Shown here one piece after another: positions 17,310-30,030 of a stretch of 64,000 bases of DNA. The first letter of the stretch is position 1, and each line of letters opens with the position of its first letter. This DNA comes from the human T2T-CHM13v2.0 reference genome, Homo sapiens. The notes under the pieces were generated by a model. It saw nothing but the letters and a program-made list of their open reading frames with translations. It was not told the DNA's origin and did no database searches. Made by a program: the position numbers and the translations under genes. Location: the NCBI RefSeq assembly GCF_009914755.1, contig NC_060930.1; one strand, given 5' to 3'.

Positions 17310-17468
17310 AAGTCCCTGATTTGGAGTGTTTGCCATTTTTTGTGGTGTAAATATCTCCACCATGGCTGATTTCAAGCCACCAATGTGATGTCAGTTAGTT
17401 ACAAAAGTTCAAAAATGTTAACAATCAACTCTTAAAAACTAGTACAAGCCAGCAGCAACACAGCACTC
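17310..17468 (-). mobile_element. MER63A-like hAT-Blackjack
   Basis: GGTGTAAATATCTCCACCATGGCTGATTTCAAGC...AACAATC pattern. Confidence 0.75.
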
Positions 17469-17519
17469 CTTCTTACCACTCAGAAAACACAGTTTTGATA
17501 GTATCCGTTCAGTACAGCA

Positions 17520-17882
17520 TGGGGTCTTTCAAATTTCAGATTCATAATTCCTAATTCAATACTTTATGGGTTTTTTGAAGGGGGATTTTAGAAAGGCCAT
17601 ACAGTGCATATATCATATATTATGCAAAAGTCCTGCAGGAGTCTGGGCCAATACCCCGAAATCAAATACCTTAATATTTCTGCATTTAAATTAGTGGAGA
17701 TTCAACTAACTAAGATTTTTTTAAAACTATAAATAGTCTCAAATCATTGCAGGTGTGGCTTTATTGCCAAATGAATTCAGGTCAGGGCAGGCTTTGCCAC
17801 AAACAATTAAAAAAAAAAAAACTTCCCATTTGCAGGGTTGTTGGACTTTAGAATTGAGGATAGAAGACCGTGAATTATTGTA
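17520..17882 (-). mobile_element. MER46C-like TcMar-Tigger MITE
   Basis: TTAATATTTCTGCA...CTATAAATAGTCTCA...TTGCCAAATGA...TTTGCCACAAAC pattern. Confidence 0.75.
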
Positions 17883-18039
17883 TAGAGTATCTTACCAGAG
17901 CACATGTGTGCATTTTCCCACGAACTATTGTTCAGAAGAACTCAGGTGGTCATGCAGTCAAAGAAGAAGGTGACCAGGAGAGATGAAGACGGCTGGTTCA
18001 TGTAGAATCTCACTGTGTACTGAGAAACCTCAATGGCAC

Positions 18040-18275
18040 ATGGTACCTGAGGGGACAGCCTGGGGTCACAGAGTTGGTTCCAAATTCCTGCATTGCCCCT
18101 TACCAATTATAAAACCTTACCTTGGCCACATTACCTAAACTGTCTAACCCTTAGTAGCCTTATTTATAAAATGGAGAAAAAACATCTACTTGTTAAGATT
18201 AAATAAATAAGGCATGCAGAGCACGTAATGTAGAGTTGGGATATGGTAGGTATTCAAAAACCAGTAGCAATCATT
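18040..18275 (+). mobile_element. MIR
   Basis: Core-like ...TTTATAAAATGGAG...GATTAAAT...ATATGGTAGGTATTCAA. Confidence 0.7.
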
Positions 18276-18298
18276 ATGTCTACTAACTCATAAATATA

Positions 18299-18936
<638 letters not shown>

Positions 18937-19792
18937 ATTTGTTTTACATCGTTAAAACTGGAAGAGAGAAGAAATACAGCAGAAGAATGAAGGAACATGC
19001 TTGAGGCCTCTGCCACCAGTTTATTGCTTAATATTTTTAACAGTTAATTTTTCATGGGTAAAATAGTCCTTTTTACCTCCTGATTATTTTATTACTTTAA
19101 TTCTAGCATTCATGACATTGAATTTTAAGGGAGGGGGAAAGTATTTTCTATCCATCTTTACTCACACAGCTGACTACAAAAGAAGGGGGAAGAGAAAGAG
19201 CAGGGCGTAGCGATTCCTTCTTTCATTTTTGTCTGAAAAGTTATCCAAAAGCAATTGGGAGTGAAACAGGAGCAAGCTGGAAACCCACAAGAAGAATCTG
19301 GCTTCAGGGAATATTTGTATTTGGCCAAAACAGTGCTTAAGAAAATTTGAATTCATAGGCCTTCAGGTGTGTACCACATCCTGACAACTTGGAACTGCTG
19401 ACCACATTATTTTACTGGCCTGGCCTCTGAAAGCATTTAAATTTGAGATACCCTGTCTAAAGGCACTACTCACAGTGTGCACTTAAGGGGATGCTACTGG
19501 TATCTAGGATGGGACAACTCGTTGTTGTGCAAGACTGCAGAACAAGTGCATTGCAGAAAGTTTAGCAACCCTAGTAGTCCACCACGAAATACCAGTAGGC
19601 TCCCCCTTCCACAGTGACAATCAACACCCTCCTCACCACCTCCACCACACACACACATTTCCTAATGATTCTACTACTTCTGGGGATAACTTCTAAACAT
19701 AATGTTTTTGAGAAATAAAGTTGGAAGTAGCTCTTCCCTGCGGCACATCCAACATAAAGAAAACGGCTCAAAAAAATACACTAAATTTCAAA

Positions 19793-19856
19793 AGCATCCA
19801 AAGGTATACTCTGTTATCAACTTGAGCATCCAAAAGTATACTCTATTATCAACTTG
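19793..19856 (+). repeat. 32-bp tandem duplication
   Basis: AGCATCCAAA(G/A)GTATACTCT(G/A)TTATCAACTTG x2, 30/32 identical. Confidence 0.95.
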
Positions 19857-21387
19857 AAAATGAAGTGAATTTTGAAGCAGAAGCATAAACTGGCCAGTGT
19901 TGCCTTACATTTTAGTAGAATACAATTAAAGATGTGCTCGGTTACCAAGAGGTCCAGGCTGTCTGCCTAATATTGGATTTTGTTTGTCTCTAAGATGTAT
20001 TGCCCCCACGTTTAAAAGTTTCAAGTTCTAGAATTTTTATTTTCGCAAATATCAATATTTGTAAAGCAGGTACACACACAGCTTACTTTAATATATTGGT
20101 CAAAATTAAGGTAACATAGGCAGTTAGAGTAATAGGTAAAATGATGATGTCGACCATGAGCTATTTACACTTATTTTCACACGTCTGTTACCTGGCTACA
20201 TTTCCTTTTTCCATCTCTTGGTCCCTTTGCTGTTTCTTGCCCTGGCCAACACTTGGTGTCCTCCTCCTATGCCAGGGCCTCCTTTGCAGGTGCCGGGGGA
20301 GCTGTGCTTTTTAAGAAGATCTGATGCGCTTACTATGCTAGTCTGATAATGCGTGTGATAATCCTTCACTATATTATCTTTGATGGATAATGAATTTGCA
20401 CTTGCCTCCTGCAGATCAGTCCTTAACCTTCTAAGTCACTAGTGATGGAGATTTTAGGTACTCTTGTTCAAGCAAGCAATGTGGATGCTCTGAAGTGTCA
20501 GGATTTCCAGAAGTTCTCAAATTCTTCTACCTACTTTTAGGCCCAACTCAACTAGACACTAATAATCATGAACAGTCCTTAGTGTATCTTTGACTCTTTG
20601 GGCTTAGTACAGCTTCTTGATTTTTAAATCTTCTAGCTAATTGGAGGATTGAGAGAAACAGCAGCACCAATGTAGATTTTGCTGGCCACTCCCGGCTCCA
20701 TAGAATTTGAAGACACATGTCATCCTATATGCACTTACTTATGCTCTTGGTCTTTCATTTTCCCTACGTGAGACTTTTTCCTACGTGAGTCCCTTCTCTT
20801 ACCCTAATCCCTCTAATAAGTTCAGGACATTCTAGAGAGTATTTTTTAAGCCTCACACATCCAAATTTGAAATTGAAATAGCTTCCCCATCCCCTGCCAG
20901 AAAAGGGATAAATGCTACCTGTTTTTTGTCCCTCAAGTTCTCCTACAATCCAGTGGACATATTTCTGATCTTGTGTAATAATAAATTTAGTATAGTCACT
21001 ATTCGCATCATAAAAGTTATCACCATATGTCATAAAGTTAAGGCAGGGTGTGATCGAGCCTTTTAACTCTGTAAGCTTTGCAAACATTAGCTCCCATATG
21101 TGCGTGGATTGGTGACCCTGAAATATGATACTGCACAAAACTGTGCAATTGTGCTGCCTTTCAGGACAAACAGCTGAGTTCGTGAGATGAGAAGAACCGG
21201 AAGGCAGAGCTGTCTGCATTCTGCTCTGCCTCGCATAGCTGTGTGGCCTTGAGCAAGTCACCAAACTTTCCTGAATAGCTGTGACCTTATGCATAATTCA
21301 GGGATTATAGTATCTACTTTACTGAATCTGTACGAGGAAGAAATAAGACACCATAAGAGGCATTTAATAATCTTTTTAAAGTAAAAG

Positions 21388-21457
21388 TTGTACAGGTTTG
21401 TTACATAGGTAAATGTGTGCCATGGTGGTTTGTTTCACCATCAGCCCATCACTTAGG
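21388..21457 (-). mobile_element. Short L1PA 3'-end fragment
   Basis: CAGGTTTGTTACATAGGTAAATGTGTGCCATGGTGGTTTG. Confidence 0.8.
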
Positions 21458-22455
21458 ACGTTCAGTCATCTTAAAAAGCAAGAACTTCTCTTCTACAGAA
21501 ATCTAATTGATAGACCCACTTTTACTTGAGAAGGAAAAGGTATAATTTGAGGGTGGGCTAAGCCTGGGCCTGTTGCCCTCAGCCTCTTCTTGTGAAGAGA
21601 ATCACTCAGAATCACAGGGTTATGGGGATGGGTGGGGGAACACTCCTTCAGGCTGTGTCTTCTGAATTCCTCTGTCTAGGAGTGGTAGTGACTTTCTGTT
21701 GCTGTTAATTTCTGGGCTGCCTCACTGTCTCTTTTTGGATTCTTGATTCTTCCATCACTTGTAGAGCCAATTTCCTGCATTAAAGTCCCTCTTTTATAAA
21801 TACTTGAACTGGGTTCTGTTCCCTTTGTTTGACATTGACTGATAGAGCAGTATTAGAAAGACCACTCGCCAAAAGAATTTTCCCAATGCTGGATGCACCA
21901 TTAGAAAGCCATTCCATTGGGTCCTTTTCCTTAAAGTGGAAGAGTAGACTCTTACTAACAGAATGCTACAGCATCTTCACAACTCTTATGTTGTCCGTTC
22001 ATCCATCCAACAATCCACACACTGAATATCGTATACCTATTGTGTGTTAGGAGCTGAACTAAGTGCTGGACACACAAACCAGACCCACAATGTGTCAGGC
22101 CAGGTGATTTCAAGGAGCTCAAATTCTAAAGATCTAAAGGGCAGAGTTCATTTGCCTGGAAATCAGGAATGATCACAGGACTTAGGTGCTTAGTGCTATA
22201 CTTGGCATACAGTCTCAACAAAAGAAATTTCTTGTTCCTGTTTCCACTTTCTACCTCCCACCTCATTAATAAACTGAGGTGAAGTGAGCGGGCTGGCCAG
22301 GAAATATTATAACCATCCCATAAGCACAGTACCAAATGCAGAAGAGCTATCTGCCTAAGGGTGAGTGCTCTTGAGCAGCAGCATCTGCAGCTGATCCAGT
22401 CTTTTCATCAGATCATAGTGCTTCATCCACAGCTTCATTCGAAGCACTTGTGCTA

Positions 22456-22777
<322 letters not shown>

Positions 22778-23414
22778 GAGGAGACAGCAGAGAACAGGAA
22801 TCCCCAATTCTCCTCCCTTCCTTTCCAAGTTGTCGGAAACCCTTATCTCTCAGCCACAGACACACTCATCAATGAGCTTCTTTGAATCCTAGATGCTTTG
22901 AGTGTCAAATAAAGGCTGGCACCTACCTCACAGGGTTGATGGAAACCATTAATGTGGTACTATTTCACAAACATACTGCACACTTCTAACACAAATCACA
23001 ACATAGAGAGATGGGGTAACAGGCATGATTTTGTGTGAGCTCCAGAAGCTGGGCAGGGTCTTAATTAAGCTCAGTTTCCTGTCTGTGAAAGGCGACTAGC
23101 ACCTGTCCTGTCAACCTCACAAGGTTATCGCAAGGCCAACTGAAACAATGCTTTGAAGATGGCAAATGTCTGTTTTAGTCCCATTGCAAATCTACCGTGG
23201 TAAATGTATTCCAAGCATAACCCAGTCCCATAGTTTTAGGTAATACAAGTCAGTTGTGGAGACTCAAATTATAAAACAGAACATAAACTCCACGTGGTAG
23301 AGAACTGTGATGCTGTGTAGCCTTACTGCACAAACCTTGTTTTGTTCCCAGTCTTTATGATAATTTCCATAATCATGTATATGCATAAAAGCAGATAAAA
23401 GGCAAAAATCAACA

Positions 23415-23635
23415 AGAATAGCTAACATTTATTCAGGCTGTAGAGCATGTGCCAGACAGTCTCCTAAGCCCTTCACGCACATTCTCTTATTTAAATCACA
23501 TACAGCAACTCTATGAGGTAGGCACTATCATCATCATCATCATCATCATCTCCATTTTACAGATGAGGAAACAGACAGAACACAGAGAGGTTAAAGCGTT
23601 CTCTCAAGGCCACACAGCTAGCAAGTGGTAAGGCT
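23415..23635 (-). mobile_element. MIR with internal (ATC)n
   Basis: CCATTTTACAGATGAGGAAAC...AAGGCCACACAGCTAGCAAGTGG. Confidence 0.85.
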
Positions 23636-24289
23636 GAAGGTCTGTTAACAACTAAGAGTGCAATCAAATCCACCACCAAACCTAAGGGGGTCCACAGGCG
23701 ACCCTGATACGTCCGACTTTGGCGGGAGATTAGTGTTAAGAAATGACTTCACATGCCTTTAACTGTCGCTGCAGGCACCTTTGATTGGAGTCATAACTTT
23801 ACTGCAGAGCCGGTGCCTTTAAACATCTCTCTGGCTGTCACCGGTTATTCTTTACCTCCGTTTCCACTTTTACTTTCTCTAGGCAAAGGTCGTTTGGTGC
23901 TTTAACCGAGGTGATTAGGGTAATGACGCCTGAAGAACACCGGGCTTCCCCCTCTTTTCACTTGATTACCGGCAAAGCTTCTATGTAAAACTAGAATGTT
24001 CACTAAAACCATGATTTTGGGTATTATTTTAAAGGACTCACATAGGAAATTATTACGTCCAAAGGAAAGCTAAACCTGAAGAGCTAGGAAAATGAAAAAA
24101 AGTGATGTGTCTGCGAAAACAGTAGCAGAATTAAAAAAAAAAACAACTTTATTCCCCCCGAAGCTGTAATTTGACTGTTCTCTTTGGCAAGGCTCCAGAG
24201 ACAAGGCCAAGTGCCTAATTTCTCTTTCTCTTCGCCCCCCTCCTCTCCACCTTTTCCACCCTCAGGGCAGAGGGGAGGCGGGACGAGCG

Positions 24290-24527
24290 ATCCACTGCTC
24301 CGGCCGCCGAAGCTGGCGTCTGGGCGCGGGGAGGGGCGGGCCGGGGCGCGGCCGAGCAGTGGGGCCGAGCCCGAGGAAGAGGAAGTCGGAGCCCGAGCCT
24401 GAGCCCGAGCCCGAGCCCGACGGCGGCTGCAGGGCGCTCCGGCAGCCCGAGCCGGCGCAGCGCAGCCCGCACCCTCCCCGCCCGACCTGCGAGCGCCGCC
24501 CGGGCATGCGAAGCCGTCCCTCCCCGG
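24290..24527 (+). other. LRRC8C: First exon (likely 5' UTR); TSS approximate; probably LRRC8C
   Basis: Strong donor CCGG|GTAAGC inside the CpG island (exon itself well supported). The gene name rests on recalled resemblance to the LRRC8C 5' UTR and long first intron, and is not verified. Confidence 0.55.
24389..24420 (+). repeat. (GAGCCC)n hexamer repeat in exon 1
   Basis: GAGCCC GAGCCT GAGCCC GAGCCC GAGCCC GA. Confidence 0.9.
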
Positions 24528-24678
24528 GTAAGCGCCGGTCGGGCCCGGACGCCCTGGGGACTTTTCCAGGGATGGGAGGGGGGACCCGGGGACCTCCGGC
24601 GGGAGCCCCACATCCGCAGGTGGGGCCGGGCGGAGCGTGGTACCCGGGCCCCGCCGGCCCCCTGCGCGCCCCTCCGCA

Positions 24679-24774
24679 GTGGGGACGGAGGGCCTTGGGG
24701 GGCGCCGAGCGGTGGGGACAGAGGGCGCCGGGGGCACCGCGCGGTGGGGACGGAGGGCGCTGGGGGGCGCCGCG
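24679..24774 (+). repeat. G-rich minisatellite, 3 x 32-33 bp
   Basis: Units start GTGGGGAC(G/A)GAGGGC at 24679, 24712 and 24744. Confidence 0.9.
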
Positions 24775-27382
24775 TCTCGGGGGTCGGAGTCGGGTCGGGG
24801 ATGCTGCCCGCCGCCGCCCCGCTTGGGGTTCCGCGCCCCCAAGTTCCCGGTGCTCCCGCCCCTCGCCCCAGCGGCTGCAACATCAGCGCGCAGAGGAGTT
24901 TCTGCGAGCACCCGGGAGTTGTAGCCACCGCTTCCCCACCCCCGACTCAGCAGGACAGCCCCAGAACGGGACCCCACAGCCAGTCAGCTGGGTCAGCTCC
25001 CCAGCAGCGAAGCCGGGAGCCCGAGGACCCGGGGACGCGCGGTGGGGGCGGCGGCCGAGCTGCTGCGGCGCTCAGGGCTTGGGGGCGCCCCCGTTCTGCA
25101 GACGCGCTTTTCAGGGGGTGGGGAGTCAAGAGCCTGTGGCTCTTCCGTCACGGGGTAAACGGTAACACCTGGGCGGCCGCGACTCTGCGAGCGTTCTGGC
25201 CTCGGCGGGCGGCGGGGAACCGCAGTGATGCCCGAGCTCGCCCCTTTTGTGTCCTCGCGGTGAGCCCCGTTCCGAAGCCGGAAGCTTGGGAACGCTCTAA
25301 CTGGGAGAACGGCGCTCGGCTGGTCAATTCATTCCGCTCCTCGGAAACAATGAGCTGGATCCTTGACTTGAATGTGCTGGCGGAGCGGGGTTTGTAAGCC
25401 GGCGTTTCATCCAGCTCTGGTCCTCAAGGCGCCCTTTGTACCACCCGCAGGTGGCCGAGGCTACTGCACGTATTTTCGAAATCACCGAGTGTGGGTGTTT
25501 GGGGCAGGTATCACCCCGCGAGGACCATCTCAGACTGAGAGTTGGTTTAGGAGTTTTGAACAGATTGGATACAGAACTATATTGTGTTTTGTATTTAGAC
25601 CGGGGGAAAGACTAGAATGTTAACTCTAGGGTCCAGTTTGTCATCTAACAGAATTCCGGGCTTGGGTAGGTCCTGTAATGCGGTACAATAACAACCAGGT
25701 GTTAAAACCGGCATCTTCTGGATTCTCAGATTCTGTAGACAGCATACTTCTAAAAAATGTAGAGATTTTGGATTTTGATTAAATTGCTGTTAAAAACATT
25801 TCCAAGCCCATCATTTCAGGAGATCAGAAAATTTTCGAACTTTAATTTTGCCCTGTGGGACCCTGGGCAAGATACTTGCCTCTGGTCGTCTTGGCTGCCT
25901 CCCTTATAAAGCAGTGCACACGAACCAGATAGCTTCTACGGCCTCCTGCTCATTCCTCATCCCCCTCCCAAACCCCTACCCCCTGTAATTTGGTCTACAA
26001 TATTTAAGACAGAGGGAAAAGTAACGGGTTGATGTTTGACTCTCTCAGCATTTTGAGTCTGGCTTCCCAATTCCTGACTTGACTTTTTGTCTCATTTGAG
26101 GTCCCAATTCTAAGCCACCAAACCACCTGACTAAAGAAACTTTTTTCTTCAGAGTGCTCCCACCTCCCTGGCTTCATCCTCAAATAGGTCATCAGTAGCA
26201 GTCCACAGTCAACAGCAATGGCTGCACGACCTTCCCCATCCTTGTGTAGCAGCCCCCCAAGTCCTCTGCTAAAGGGCAAAGCAAAGTGAGAAACAGTTAC
26301 CTGGCAATCAGATGCCAGATAACTGCCCCGATTCTGCTCGTCCTTGGTGGCATTTTCCTGCTTCCCCTACTCTAAATGGGCACCCTGAATTAGGGGCACC
26401 AGCTTCCTTCAATGCCTTTAATATAGGTGACTGTCACCGAATACAGGCTTAAATATTTCAGTGGGGGATTCAGGCTGTAGTTCAAAGAGGTTAAATGATC
26501 ATTTTTAAAACAATAGGAAGTGGCAACATAATTTTTCAAAACCAAGAATAACCAGTCCTATGTTGTGTTCCCCCTTTGCGGATATGATTTTTCAGTGATT
26601 TAATTAAGATCGAATGGTTCATAGTCTGTCCCATAAATATGGGAAATGCTTGAGTAGCACTAAATCTCTTGAGCCCTTCGTCAACCAAAAGCAATTCCTG
26701 AAGCTATTATCTTAATGGCGGCCGTTCACTTTTTTGCAGATTTCTTTTCCTCTCCACTCCTTTCATTGCTGGTGGTTGGTCTTTCAAGCAGTTGTCATCT
26801 TTTAATCCTCCTGCAGCATGATTAGGTCCCTGGAATATTAAACCCAGAAGGGCTCTTGGATGACCTAGTCCAGCCCTACATCTTAAAGATTTAGGAAGTC
26901 TGGTTAAGATCCAGTGATCTAGAATTAGCCTACTTGTGTGATGCTCACATCTACGTCTCTGTAGCTTTGAGACCTTCACTTCTTTAAGGAAATTACTTAG
27001 ATATGGATTATTTCATAACCAGGAAAAGTAAAAATCATAGTTGGTGTCTCTCGGTTTTCTCACCTTTCCTCATTTTCACACCTTTCCTCCTTTCTTCTCC
27101 GCCCTTGTCTCAAGTTATGCCAAGGATTAAATGAAATGATTCGTATCAGTGTTTGCCACATATGGTGTGCTTTGAAGATGATTGTTGTTGATAAACCAAG
27201 TCCCAGGAGTGTATGATTTTGCAGAAGTTTATACATAGCTCTGGACTGTCAGAACTGTGATTTAACCAAGGTTCTCTTCTCTCTCCCCTGCCCCTCTTGA
27301 ACTGCACTGCCTAAGAAATGTTGGTTGCATGGAGACATATTTTTAATTAAATGTAATGGTTCAGTCTTTAAGAAAAAATTAT

Positions 27383-27620
<238 letters not shown>

Positions 27621-28863
27621 AAGAAAAAATTATAATCCCTTGTCTCTTTTGACTTAGGAAAAATATGGTTTCTAATGCGAAATGTTGGTGTATTCAGGCA
27701 GGGATGGGAAGGAAAACATTTTTTAGACAAAGGGTCTGTAAGCAACCTCATGCTTGTGTGTGGCAAGGCATCTCAGATATTAATGTTTCATCACAGGCTT
27801 GCATCAATCTTGCTTGATAAAATTAAAAGCTGATCCCAATCCATTCGGTCATTCAGAGTCACGGGCAGTCTGTGCCAAGTAGAATTTACTGACAGAAGAG
27901 TCAGCTTTCAAGTGATTAAGAGATGACTACATCTTCAGCTTTATATTGTCTATGCTGATGAAAAGCAATAAATGCTTTAGCTGAGAAGACAGAATTATAT
28001 GGCTAATCACCTAGCGATGGGGCCCAGGTTTGCTGTGGAATACCTGGGCCATAGCGTATCTAATGCTGCAAAACAGCTTCAGGTATGCCTGGGTGATTTC
28101 CAGTCCAGTGATTAGGAGTTGACTGTGTATCTAGAATAGTCTTCATGTTTGAGGCTGAGTATCTTTTCAATATGTAAACCTAAGGTTAAAAAAAACAAAA
28201 AACAAAACCAAAAACACTTTTTCTGATGAGATACAAGCCAAAGTAAAAATTTCCACATCTAAACATCCTTCTTTGGTAAATATTGAATTACCGTTTGATG
28301 GAAAGCTAAATCCTGCTGGATTCGTGGATCCGCAAATCCATAACTCTCCTCTTCTTTTCCGCTCCCTTCGTGGTCCTAGAGGGAAGGCAATTTGAAGAGT
28401 GTTAATGGTAGGCTAAGTTTTTTAAAAATTCCATCTACACCCACTTGTAATAACCTGATGGGAGGAGAGTCAGGGCTTTCACTCGGTCTTTAATTAAGAA
28501 AGTTGTTTTGGTAAGCTTTAAATACCAGGGTGTTATGGAGGCCTCTTAGCACCAGCACTAGGAAGGGCAAACCCTTTGCCATTATAGCATTTGGCCAAAA
28601 GCTAGCAAGCCCATTTATGTATAAGAAGGAAATGTTTTTAAATCATCAAAGAAAAATTTAAGATAAGCATGAGTCTAATAACAGCTAAAACTTTAGTATT
28701 CTCATAAGAGGAATTATTAATCCATAAATCATCATAGTATTAAATGAGCTCTAATATTTGAAGTGGTGTATAGATCTAGTTCTCTGGGTCTAGTCACATT
28801 GAGCACCAATTTAAATGGCCTGTGACTGTCTAGACATTGAAAAGACACGTAAAGTCCTAGGTG

Positions 28864-29054
28864 AGGGGATGGCAAGTCTTTTCCTGTAAAAATCCAGGTA
28901 GCATTTTAGGCTCCACATGTCTCTGTCATATACTGTTTGATTTGAGATGAGGGTTATTTGTTTACAACCCTTTAAAAATGTAAAAACCAATCTTTGCTCA
29001 CAGGCCATACAAAAACAGGCTGGATGTAGCCTGCAGCTATAGTTTGCTGGCTCT
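28864..29054 (+). mobile_element. MER58-like hAT-Charlie
   Basis: AGGGGATGGCAAG...CTGTAAA ... CAGGCCATACAAAAACAGGC...TAGTTTGCTGGCTCTG. Confidence 0.8.
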
Positions 29055-29814
29055 GTTTTAAATGAACTATTCTGTTTTGTAGTGTCCTTCCGTATTTTCG
29101 TTGAGACCCAAGATGACAAGTTTCATTGGCTCTATCTATGTTGACTCATCATAGACGGACTTATAATCAAGATCATTTCGTCACTCGGTTTCCTAGTCAC
29201 CTTTTTATATTTTATCTTTGCCCTGGGGCTAGAAGTCTCTGTTAAGCATAGCCATCAGTTGACATAGAAATGGCAGTGCCAGACGTCAACATTCTACTTT
29301 GAGTTAGATGCTGAATGGGGGAGAGAAGTTGGACTGGATTGGGATAAAGTCCATGGTTGACACAGACCACAGATAACTCCTATGAAATGAGGCCCAAACC
29401 TCTGAGCAAGGCACCCACGGCCCTTGTATCTACTCTTCTCCTGATACCTCTTCATGTATACCCTGTGTCCTTGCCATTCAAGTAACTTGCAGAGCCCTGG
29501 GTGGGCCGCACTCTCTCTCACCAGTGGTGGGGTCGTTCCACACAAAGTTGAAATATCTGTCTCTTCCCTGGAGCCCTTCCTCATTTATTGGACAGAGATG
29601 CCGGCACCTCCATCTCTATGTTTGCACAGGAGTTTATAAATGAAGCATTTAGAGGTCTAGAGAAATGTGGTGATTCCCCATTGGCAAATATTACCTTTCA
29701 AAAGTGGGGGAACAGTTGTATTCTTCTTTGTATAATAACTTCATCTTGCCTTACATCTCTAAACCAGCCAGAGAATCAAGCACAAAACAATTCCAGGGCC
29801 TTGGATGCGATACA

Positions 29815-30030
29815 CAGTGTAGCAGAGTACATACGTGTATGGGCTTTGAAGTCAGGCTGAGCTGAGCTCTAGTTCTTTGCTTTCCCACTTACCTGCTGCA
29901 AGTTCCCCATCTGTAAAGTAGGGAGTAAGAATGACCTTTCAATTGTTAGGAATAAATGGGATTTCCCTCTGTAAAGCATTTAGTTCAGAGTCTGACATGT
30001 AGTAATTGCTCGATAAATGGTAACTTTTAT
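29815..30030 (+). mobile_element. MIR
   Basis: GGGCTTTGAAGTCAG...CCATCTGTAAAGTAGGG...GCTCGATAAATGGTA. Confidence 0.75.

Larger units (their letters stand above)
24230..25520. promoter_or_regulatory. CpG-island promoter
   Basis: Very high GC and CpG density; GC boxes 24328-24350; ETS motif GAGGAAGAGGAAGT 24373-24386; no TATA box. Confidence 0.95.

Noticed and set aside
20764-21294. 176-aa minus-strand ORF
   Set aside because: Begins in MIR-like sequence; no recognisable homology or exon structure
24084-25397. Long ORFs (217-297 aa) on both strands of the CpG island
   Set aside because: Stop-codon depletion from high GC content; P/G/R/A-rich low complexity; they run through the splice donor; no recognisable domain
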